NCBI RefSeq assembly: GCF_964235535.1
Contig: NZ_CAXSBH010000009.1
Coordinates: forward strand, 5,087-69,086
Direction: 5' to 3'
Source of the DNA: an uncultured Sphingomonas sp.
GTDB taxonomy: Bacteria > Pseudomonadota > Alphaproteobacteria > Sphingomonadales > Sphingomonadaceae
DNA: 64,000 bases
Shown: positions 16,321 to 24,173 of the stretch, in pieces
How the letters are laid out: each line of letters opens with the position of its first letter
How positions within the stretch are numbered: position 1 is the stretch's first letter
Notes under the pieces: generated by a model
Seen by the model: only the letters and a program-made list of their open reading frames with translations
The model's database searches: none
What the model was told of the DNA's origin: nothing
Position numbers and translations under genes: made by a program

Positions 16321-19300
16321 ATGCCTTTCGACGACAGGAACCTACTCACGGTCAGCGCGCTCGTGCTGTCGTGCGCGCTAGCGGCGCCCGCCGCGGCGCA
16401 GGTGGCCGGCCCGCCGGCCGACGCACCGGAAACGCCGCCCGCCATCCACGCCGACGAGGCGCAGGCGCCCGCGCGCTTGGAGGCAATGAGCGCCGGCGGG
16501 CGGGGGATCATCCGCCCGCTCAGCGGACCGATCGGCCTCAATTCCGGCCGGACCACCACCTTCGCCGGCGACGTCGTCGGCACCGCCAGCCGCATCCGCG
16601 CGATGGAGGACAAGGTGGGCGCGTCGGCCAGCCGTATCCGCGCCATGGCCGGCGAGCTCAGCGGCTTCGCCAGCCGCATCCGCGCCATGTCGACCGATCC
16701 GGTGATCGGCGCCTACACCTACAACTTGACCGGGAACACCTTCTGGGGTTCGCAATACGGCTCTCAGGGCGCATTGATGGCGAGCGCGAGCCGCATCCGC
16801 GCGATGGACGGCACCGTCGAGTCCTTTGCCAGCCGAATCCGCGCGATGGCCAGCCGCATTCGCGCGATGGACGGCACGCTGCTCTCCTTCGACTCCGCGC
16901 CGAGTGATTATCAGGGGATCCACCGCGAGATCACCGGGCTGGTCGCCACCACCAAGGGCGTCTGGGGATCGGCCGTCCAGACGCAGACCGGCAAGTCCTT
17001 CGAGGACGGCTTCTCTAACCGGATGCTCGGGAAATGGGGTGTCAACCTCGGCGACGCACGCTCGATAGCGGGCATGAACGAGGTCGACATGGAGTTGTTC
17101 CTGCTCGACTGGCGCGACAACGTCCTGCTCTTTTCGGGCGTGGACTCGGTCGACCATTGGATGAAGGCGGTCAACTGGACGCCCGCCATGTCGCAGCAGC
17201 TCGGCTCCGGGCTGAACGGCGACAAGAACCAGTTAAAGGTCAGGGTCGGCCTGCTCGACTTCGCGGTCACCGCCGATCCCAAGGCGAACGTCGCGGGTGC
17301 CGGCGGTGTCTCGCAGGTGGCGGGCGCACACGGCAACGCGGTCGCCAGCCTGATCGTCGGTGCGCATGACGGACGCGGCGTGATGGGCCTCGCGCCCAAG
17401 GCCGATCTCTACAGCTACGTGCCGTTCGACCGCACTCAAACGGCATCTTGGGAGGACATCACCAAGGGGCTGCATTGGCTGGGCGACGAGCTGGAGAAGG
17501 ACGTCCACGTCATCAACCTGTCGCTCGGCGTGCCCGGCTACACCTTTCACCACAATTGGCGAAACGTGCTGGGCGACAGCGACGTCAAGTCGGACATCCA
17601 GGACGCCGTGTTCGTGATCGCCGCGGGTAATGACGGGATCACCCAGACGGAACACGTCAACATGGCGGGCGCGCTGGACAGCACCTTCCTCGTGGTCGGC
17701 TCCGTCAACCCCGACAACGCGATCTCCGGCTTCTCGAACCGGCCCGGCGTCGTCTGCCTCACCGACAACGGCGTCTGCAAGAACACGCTGCGCTGGAGCG
17801 CGACGGAACAGCGCTTCGACGGCAAGTCCGATTATCTGAAGGAGAGCGGGCTCCTGATGAACCGGTTTCTGGTCGCCCCCGGCGAATTCATGCTGGTGGA
17901 CGATGGCACCGGCGACTTCTCGGCCGGCGTGAAGAGCGGCGTCACGCGCATGTCGGGCACGTCGTTCGCGGCGCCGCTAGTGTCGGGCACGGTGGCGTTG
18001 ATCGCCGAGCGTTGGCCGTGGCTGACCGAAAAGCCTATCGACGTAGCGCACATCATCCTGAGTTCGGCCACCGACCTCGGCGAGCGCGGGACCGATCCGA
18101 TCTACGGCCGCGGGATGCTGAACGTCGAGGCCGCAATGGCCCCGCTCGACTGGAACAAGGTGGAGTTCAAGCAGAGTACCAACGGCGGCGGGCTCGTCAG
18201 CACCTCGTTCGCGACGCTCCGCGCGACCAGCGCCTATACGCGTTCCACCTGGGAGGCGAACCGGGCCTATTTCTACGTGTTCGAGAAGACGACCAGCTCG
18301 CACCGCGACTTCTACATCCCGATGTCGTCCAAACTGGTCGGCCAGACGGTGGGGTCGAACCGCGACCAGATGAACGCCTATCTCCAGAGCCGCTTCCAAA
18401 CGGCGCTGGGGACGCCCACCCGCTTTGCGGGCGACACCGGGCCCAGCTTCGGCCCGGCTAGGCTCACCGCGCCGACGGCCGGCTTCGGCGAGATCAGCGC
18501 GACCGTCACCATGTCGCCGCGGGCCTGGCGTCCGGGTCTGCGACAGGGCACGACGCCGTTCGACACGGGGATGGCGTTCAGCAGCCCTGACGGACGGATC
18601 GCGATGCGCTTTGGCAGCGGTTCGGGCGGTGCGGATATCGACGGCCGGGCAGGCTTCGGCTTCCAGTCCGACTATGATCTCCAGACCGGCGGCGCGAATC
18701 CGTTTTTGGGGCTCGCTTCCGGCTCGGGATATGTCGCGACGGACGTGGCATTGACCGACCGGCTCACCGTATCGGCAGGCGCATCGACCCAGACCGCCCG
18801 GCGTGACCTGGACCAGCTGTCGCAGGCCGACCGGATGGCGCTCGGCCGGCTGGAGCCGTACCGCGCGAACGCCAGCCTGTTGTCGGTCCGCTACCGCGCC
18901 GCCGGTTGGCTGAACGCCACGGCGAGCTACACGATGCTCGGTGAGGATACGGGCCTACTCGGCGTCCAGTCGCTCGACCGGTTCGACCTCCGGCAGGGTA
19001 CGACCACGGACGCCGCCACCTTCGGCACGGACGTGACTCCCGGCCACGGGCTGGCGGTGTCGATGTCGGGCACGGTCGGCCGGACCCGGGCGACGGACCT
19101 GAGCCGTCAGAATATGGGCGTCGCGGCGGGCGGTCTCGTCAGCAGCGCGTTCCAGGTCGCGGTAGCCAAGGTCGGGCTATTCGACGAGCGGGACCGGGCG
19201 CGGATCACCCTCGCCCAACCGCTCCATGTCGAGAGCGGGTCGATCGCGGTGAACCAGTTCAAGGTGATCAACCGCAGGACCGGCGCGCTGGGAACGGAGA

Positions 19301-19476
19301 TCGAGACTTTCGCGCTCCAGAGCGGTGAGCGCCGCTTCGTCGCGGAAGCCATGTACGGCCGGTCGGTGCTGGGCGGTCAGGCCGATCTGAGCCTGTTCGG
19401 CCGCGCCAACCTGCGCGGCGACGCGGCCGACCAGTCGGCGGTGACGCTGGGCGGGAGCTTCCGCCTAGGCTTCTGA
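16321..19476 (+). CDS. S8 (subtilisin-family) serine peptidase autotransporter with a repeat-bearing N-terminal extension
   Basis: It has a signal peptide. S8 triad contexts are VGLLDFAV (Asp), GAHGNAVASLIVG (His), VIAAGNDG (oxyanion Asn) and MSGTSFAAPLVSG (Ser). The C-terminal ~300 aa are rich in alternating residues and end GGSFRLGF, typical of an autotransporter beta-barrel. Confidence 0.8.
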   Translation: MPFDDRNLLTVSALVLSCALAAPAAAQVAGPPADAPETPPAIHADEAQAPARLEAMSAGGRGIIRPLSGPIGLNSGRTTTFAGDVVGTASRIRAMEDKVGASASRIRAMAGELSGFASRIRAMSTDPVIGAYTYNLTGNTFWGSQYGSQGALMASASRIRAMDGTVESFASRIRAMASRIRAMDGTLLSFDSAPSDYQGIHREITGLVATTKGVWGSAVQTQTGKSFEDGFSNRMLGKWGVNLGDARSIAGMNEVDMELFLLDWRDNVLLFSGVDSVDHWMKAVNWTPAMSQQLGSGLNGDKNQLKVRVGLLDFAVTADPKANVAGAGGVSQVAGAHGNAVASLIVGAHDGRGVMGLAPKADLYSYVPFDRTQTASWEDITKGLHWLGDELEKDVHVINLSLGVPGYTFHHNWRNVLGDSDVKSDIQDAVFVIAAGNDGITQTEHVNMAGALDSTFLVVGSVNPDNAISGFSNRPGVVCLTDNGVCKNTLRWSATEQRFDGKSDYLKESGLLMNRFLVAPGEFMLVDDGTGDFSAGVKSGVTRMSGTSFAAPLVSGTVALIAERWPWLTEKPIDVAHIILSSATDLGERGTDPIYGRGMLNVEAAMAPLDWNKVEFKQSTNGGGLVSTSFATLRATSAYTRSTWEANRAYFYVFEKTTSSHRDFYIPMSSKLVGQTVGSNRDQMNAYLQSRFQTALGTPTRFAGDTGPSFGPARLTAPTAGFGEISATVTMSPRAWRPGLRQGTTPFDTGMAFSSPDGRIAMRFGSGSGGADIDGRAGFGFQSDYDLQTGGANPFLGLASGSGYVATDVALTDRLTVSAGASTQTARRDLDQLSQADRMALGRLEPYRANASLLSVRYRAAGWLNATASYTMLGEDTGLLGVQSLDRFDLRQGTTTDAATFGTDVTPGHGLAVSMSGTVGRTRATDLSRQNMGVAAGGLVSSAFQVAVAKVGLFDERDRARITLAQPLHVESGSIAVNQFKVINRRTGALGTEIETFALQSGERRFVAEAMYGRSVLGGQADLSLFGRANLRGDAADQSAVTLGGSFRLGF
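16585..16870 (+). repeat. Six interspersed copies of a 21-22 nt repeat GCCAGCCGCATCCGCGCGATGG encoding ASRIRAM, inside the autotransporter gene
   Basis: The copies are at 16585-16606, 16627-16648, 16669-16689, 16786-16807, 16828-16849 and 16849-16870, each with 0-3 mismatches. The last two abut. A degenerate seventh copy (ARLEAM) lies upstream. Confidence 0.9.
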
Positions 19477-19572
19477 TCGAACGATCCCCTGCTCGGAAGG
19501 GCCGTCGCCGGCGAGGCGGCGGCCCATCCGCCTTGAGAGGACCTTAACCGGTCGGCTTTATAGTCTGAGGCC

Positions 19573-22092
19573 ATGTCTATCCTCTCGCTGTTCCAGGCAT
19601 TGCCGCTCGCGCTCCTGCTGGCGGGCGCGGCCGTCCCCGCCGCCGCCGCGGACGACCAGCGCTTCAGGGCGATAGAGGGGCGCGTCGCGCAGATCCGCCA
19701 GGCGTTGATGCGCGATCCGAGCGACGCGCTGCTCTCGGCCATGGACATGCGGGCGGCGGCCGGGCGTCTTCCCGACAGCGCTCGCAAGGAGGTCGCGGTC
19801 GCGACCGCGCTAATGCTGGAGGGCGAGGCGCAGCTGTTCCTGAATCATGCGGACGAGGCCGTTTCCCCCATCGACCGGGCGCTCGCCACCGTTATGCGGA
19901 CGGCGCCCAACACCAAGCTCCATGGCGACGTGCTCCGGTCGCGCGGATCGATCGCCGCGATGACCGGGCGGCCGCTCGACGCGCTGCGCGACTACCAGAG
20001 CGCGCATGACGTGTTCCGGAGGGTCGGCGACGCACGCGCCCGCGCGCTGACGTTGCAGGATATTGGACTGATTTATTTCGATGCAAATGATTACGAGCGG
20101 GTGTTGGACTATTCGCGTCAGGCGGAGGCTGCCTATCCCAAGGACGCGATGCTGAGCCTGACGCTCCGTAACAACCGGGCGGAAGTGTATCGCAAGCAGC
20201 GCCGCCACGCGATGGCCGCGGAGGAATATCGGGGAGCGCTGGTCCATGCGCGCAAATTGGGCGCGCGGTTGCTGCAGGCGCGCATCAACGCCAACTTGGC
20301 CGAATCGGAGGCCGAGGCGGGGCGGCTCGGGCGCGCGCAGGCCGCCGTCGACGAGGCGATGCGCCTGACCGCCAGGGGCGAAGCGGCCGAATGGCGGCGT
20401 TCGGTCTATGGCTCAGCCGCCATGGTGGCGATCGCGCGCCAGGATTTCGATCGGGCGGCGACGCTCATGGACCAGACCTTCGCGGGCGTCGATCTCGAAA
20501 GCTCGGACGCCCTGTTCCGCGACCATCATCACGCGGCGGCGCTGGTCTATGAGAAGCGCGGCGACATCGCGCTCGCGCTGCGGCATCTGAAAGCCTTCGA
20601 ACGGCTGGACAAGGAAGCGCAGACGCTGACTGCGACCACCGCGTCGCAGCTGATGGCCGCGCGGTTCGACTTCGCCAATCAGGATCTTCAGATCTCCAAA
20701 CTGAAGCAGGAACAGCTCGCCCGCGACATCGCGGTGGAGCGCGACAAGAGCCGCGCGGGCAACATCCTGTTCGGCAGCCTGGCGGCAGCCGGCGCGGTGA
20801 TCCTGTGCGTGCTGTTGTTCGGCTTCTTCGCCGTCCGCCGCAGCCGCGACGCGGTGGCGGCCGCGAACACCTCGCTGACCGACGTCAACGGCGCTTTGGA
20901 GAAGGCGCTGACCGCCAAGACCGAGTTCCTGGCGACCACCAGCCATGAGATCCGCACGCCGCTCAACGGCATCCTGGGGATGACGCAGGTGCTGCTCGCC
21001 GACCGCGGCATCGACGCGGCCGTCCGCGAGCGGATCGAGGTGGTCCACGGCGCGGGCGAGACGATGAAGGCGCTCGTCGACGACATCCTCGACGTCGCCA
21101 AGATGGAGTCGGGCGAGCTGACCGTCGCGTCGGAGCCGACCGATCTGGCCGCGATCCTCGACGACGCCGCGCGGCTGTGGGGCGGGCACGCGCAGGCCAA
21201 GGGGCTGGAGCTGGTGCTCGATATGAACGCCCTTCCCAGGCGGATCGTGTCGGACGGGGGGCGGCTGCGCCAGATCGTGTTCAACCTGATGTCCAACGCG
21301 CTGAAATTCACCAGCGTCGGGCGCGTGACGCTGTTTGCGGGCGTCGAGACCTCGGAAGATGGAACGGAAATGCTGGCGATCCGCGTGATCGACACGGGCA
21401 TCGGCATCCCGCTCGACCAGCAGGCGGCGGTCTTCGAGGCGTTCAAGCAGGTCGACGGCGGCACCACCCGCCAGTTCGGCGGCACCGGCCTAGGGCTTGC
21501 CATCTGCAAGAAGCTGGCGATCGCGCTGGGCGGCGACATTGCCGTATCGAGCATACTCGGCCAGGGTACGACCTTCGAGGCGCTGCTGCCGCTCATCCGC
21601 GCCGAGGTCGAGAAGGCGTCGACCGCCGAACCCGAGCACGACCGGACGCTTGGGCAGGCGCGCATGCTGATCCTCGACCGCAATCCCCTGAACCAAGGCG
21701 TGATGCGCGTGCTGCTGGGCGCGGAGGCGGGGCATGTCGCGGTCGCCGACACCGTCGCCGACGCACTCGCCGCGCTCGCCGCGCTCGCCGGATCGGACGC
21801 GCCGACGCACATCGTGATCGATGTCGGCTCGATCGCCGGGGAGGGTATCGATCTCATCTCCACCTTGCGCGACCTGACGGGCGCCGCGCGCGCCGCGGAC
21901 GCGCATTGCAGCCTGCTGCTCGCGCCCGCGGCGGCGGGCCTGACCATCGCCGAGGCGATGGCGGTGGGGGGCGAGCAGCTGATCGTGAAGCCGATCGGCG
22001 CGGCCGACCTGATGGCCGCGTTCAAATCGCTCTATGGCGACGATCCCGACAGCCTGGTCGCCCCCGACCTGCTCGGCGCGCGCGCGGCGTGA
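19573..22092 (+). CDS. Hybrid sensor histidine kinase with periplasmic TPR-like sensor domain
   Basis: It has a signal peptide, ~380 aa of TPR-like repeats, and a TM segment (ILFGSLAAAGAVILCVLLFGFFAV). These are followed by a HisKA H-box (TSHEIRTPLNGILGM), a HATPase_c domain (N, G1, G2 boxes GGTGLGLAICKKL) and a C-terminal receiver-like domain. Confidence 0.85.
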   Translation: MSILSLFQALPLALLLAGAAVPAAAADDQRFRAIEGRVAQIRQALMRDPSDALLSAMDMRAAAGRLPDSARKEVAVATALMLEGEAQLFLNHADEAVSPIDRALATVMRTAPNTKLHGDVLRSRGSIAAMTGRPLDALRDYQSAHDVFRRVGDARARALTLQDIGLIYFDANDYERVLDYSRQAEAAYPKDAMLSLTLRNNRAEVYRKQRRHAMAAEEYRGALVHARKLGARLLQARINANLAESEAEAGRLGRAQAAVDEAMRLTARGEAAEWRRSVYGSAAMVAIARQDFDRAATLMDQTFAGVDLESSDALFRDHHHAAALVYEKRGDIALALRHLKAFERLDKEAQTLTATTASQLMAARFDFANQDLQISKLKQEQLARDIAVERDKSRAGNILFGSLAAAGAVILCVLLFGFFAVRRSRDAVAAANTSLTDVNGALEKALTAKTEFLATTSHEIRTPLNGILGMTQVLLADRGIDAAVRERIEVVHGAGETMKALVDDILDVAKMESGELTVASEPTDLAAILDDAARLWGGHAQAKGLELVLDMNALPRRIVSDGGRLRQIVFNLMSNALKFTSVGRVTLFAGVETSEDGTEMLAIRVIDTGIGIPLDQQAAVFEAFKQVDGGTTRQFGGTGLGLAICKKLAIALGGDIAVSSILGQGTTFEALLPLIRAEVEKASTAEPEHDRTLGQARMLILDRNPLNQGVMRVLLGAEAGHVAVADTVADALAALAALAGSDAPTHIVIDVGSIAGEGIDLISTLRDLTGAARAADAHCSLLLAPAAAGLTIAEAMAVGGEQLIVKPIGAADLMAAFKSLYGDDPDSLVAPDLLGARAA

Positions 22093-22173
22093 GGTCGTCC
22101 GCCCGAATCGGTAACGGGCTGTTTACCGATCGGGCGCTAGTTCCTGACTTCGAAGTACAAAAGGCGTAACCGC

Positions 22174-22569
22174 ATGCAGGTCCTGTTCGTTGAAGACGAC
22201 GCGATGAACCGACGGGTGGTCAAGGACATGCTGAGCGTGGTCGGCGCGCAGATGTCGGAGGCCGCCGACGCCGAGACCGGCCTGAAGATGATCGACGACG
22301 GGCAATATTCGATCATCCTGATGGACCTGCGCATGCCCGGCATGGACGGGCTGACCGCTATCCGCCATCTGCGCGCGCGCACCGACGCCAAGGCGCAGCT
22401 GCCCGTGATCGTCGTCACCGCCGACACCGCGGTCGACCTGCGCGAACGCTGCATGGCCCAAGGCGCGGACGACGTGATCCTGAAGCCCGTGGCGATGGGC
22501 AAATTGCTGAAGGCCATGAGCAGCATGCTCGCCAAGGCGGCGGGCGCGAACGCGGTGGTGTTGAGCTAA
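22174..22569 (+). CDS. Single-domain (CheY-like) response regulator
   Basis: VLFVEDDAMNR, ILMDLRMPGMDGL, VVTAD and ILKPV give the complete receiver signature. There is no output domain. Confidence 0.85.
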   Translation: MQVLFVEDDAMNRRVVKDMLSVVGAQMSEAADAETGLKMIDDGQYSIILMDLRMPGMDGLTAIRHLRARTDAKAQLPVIVVTADTAVDLRERCMAQGADDVILKPVAMGKLLKAMSSMLAKAAGANAVVLS

Positions 22570-23768
22570 CTCTTCTTTATCAGCGCCGCACCCGCTCGGC
22601 GCAGCTTGGGCGTCACCACCGGCACGGTCAGCATCGTGCTCGCCACCGCCATCAGCAGCAGCGCGGTGAAGGTCACGTTGGTGATGACTTGTCGGTCGAG
22701 CAGGATATTGGCGAAGATGATCATGATCAGCGCCTTGGTCTGAAGCAGCCACCCGATCAGCGACGCCTCCCCGGGCCGCCATTTCAGGACGCGTCCCGCC
22801 AGGTGGACGCCCGCCAGCTTGCCTCCCACCGACGCCGCGAGCAGCAACGCCGCCGCGCCGAACACGGCGACGCCGCCCAGGTCCCAACGGGTCCGCAGGC
22901 CCGTGCTGAGGAAGAACACCGGCATCACCGCAAGCAGGATCGCATTCCGGAAGAAGTCCAGCCGCTCCCGGTTGAACCAATCCGCGTCGAGCACCGCGCC
23001 CGCCAGGAACGCGCCCACCATATAGTGCAGTCCCGCCCAATCGGAGGCGAAGCCGGCCGCCGCCAGCCAGATCAGCCCCACATACCAGCGATCATCCTCC
23101 GCGATACGCGCCATCAGCCGGCGCACCGCCCAGGCGGCGATCGCAAAGGCGACGAGGAACGCGACCTGCCGCCCGACCCGCTCCCAGTCGAGCAGGATCA
23201 ACGCCAGCACGCCCCAGATCGCGACGTCGTCCATGCTGGCGTAACGGAGCGTCCGCTGGCCCAGCGGCTCGCGCAGAATGGCGAGTTTCTCCATCAGAAG
23301 TACCAGGATCGGCAGCGCGGTGACCGCGCACGCCATGCCGATCCCGAGCACGGCCTGCCACTCCCGCGCGGCGGGTCCCGCCCAACCCGGCGACCGCAGG
23401 AGCACCCAGGCGGCCGCGCTGCCGAACAGGAGCGGCACGCCCAGCGCCAGCCCGGCGGTCACCCCGGTCTCCCCGCGCTTGGCCCACGCTTGCCTCAGAT
23501 CGAGCTCGATCCCGGCCAGCCAGACGAAGATCATCACCGCCCACCAGGCGATGCCGTTCAACGGCGCGATGACCTCCGGCCGGAATACGAACACGTAATA
23601 ATCGGGAAACACGCGCCCGAGCACGCCTGGCCCGAGCAGGATGCCGCCGACGATCTGCACCACGACCAGCGGCGCCCAATAATCCGTGCGCCCCAGCCGC
23701 CAAACGAGGTAGGGCACGGAAAAGATCAGGATCATCGCGAGCAGGAACAGCTCGGTCGTCGTCGGCAT
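22566..23768 (-). CDS. Cation:proton antiporter (CPA2/Kef-like membrane domain)
   Basis: About 400 aa and polytopic. The N-terminus MPTTTELFLLAMILIFSVPYLVWRLGR...VVVQIVGGILLGPGVLG is typical of Na+/H+ exchanger-family transporters. The start is placed at an internal Met. Confidence 0.75.
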   Translation of the reverse strand: MPTTTELFLLAMILIFSVPYLVWRLGRTDYWAPLVVVQIVGGILLGPGVLGRVFPDYYVFVFRPEVIAPLNGIAWWAVMIFVWLAGIELDLRQAWAKRGETGVTAGLALGVPLLFGSAAAWVLLRSPGWAGPAAREWQAVLGIGMACAVTALPILVLLMEKLAILREPLGQRTLRYASMDDVAIWGVLALILLDWERVGRQVAFLVAFAIAAWAVRRLMARIAEDDRWYVGLIWLAAAGFASDWAGLHYMVGAFLAGAVLDADWFNRERLDFFRNAILLAVMPVFFLSTGLRTRWDLGGVAVFGAAALLLAASVGGKLAGVHLAGRVLKWRPGEASLIGWLLQTKALIMIIFANILLDRQVITNVTFTALLLMAVASTMLTVPVVTPKLRRAGAALIKKS

Positions 23769-23861
23769 GTGATCGTTCCCCCGGCCCCGACGCACCGCTA
23801 AACGAAACGCCCCGCCCTCCACAAGGAGGACGGGGCGTCGCAGCCGTCCGGGCGCGGCGGA

Positions 23862-24173
23862 TCAGGCGGTACGCGTGCCCGTCATGGGGAAGCTGCCGAA
23901 CGCGCCCGCGCCGACGGTGCCGGTGATCCCTGCGTCGGACACGGTGCCCTGGCAATCGAGCGACATGGGCATCGGCACCGTCATCTGCTGCTTCCAGCTT
24001 ATCAGGTCGCCGCGCACCTCGCCGGTCACGTCGCTTCCGCCCATCGCGCCCGACACGGTGCCGGTGAACGAGTCGCCGTCGCTCTTGACGGTCAGCGTCA
24101 TCTTCTGGTCGCCCAGCGGTGATTTGACCACGCAGTCGTAGGTGCCGTCCACTCCAGCCATGTCACTCTCCAT
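23862..24173 (-). CDS. Small Gly/Thr-rich protein, unknown function, coupled to the M16 peptidase gene
   Basis: 103 aa with a repeated TGTV motif and two Cys. The ATG overlaps the peptidase stop (ATGA). I recognise no family. Confidence 0.45.
   Translation of the reverse strand: MESDMAGVDGTYDCVVKSPLGDQKMTLTVKSDGDSFTGTVSGAMGGSDVTGEVRGDLISWKQQMTVPMPMSLDCQGTVSDAGITGTVGAGAFGSFPMTGTRTA

Noticed and set aside
16585-16870. Regularly recurring 22-nt repeats with short unique spacers, superficially CRISPR-like.
   Set aside because: The repeats are too short and the spacers (0-96 nt) too short and irregular. The whole tract lies in frame inside a long, well-supported S8 autotransporter ORF and encodes the same heptapeptide each time. 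No cas genes or leader are present.
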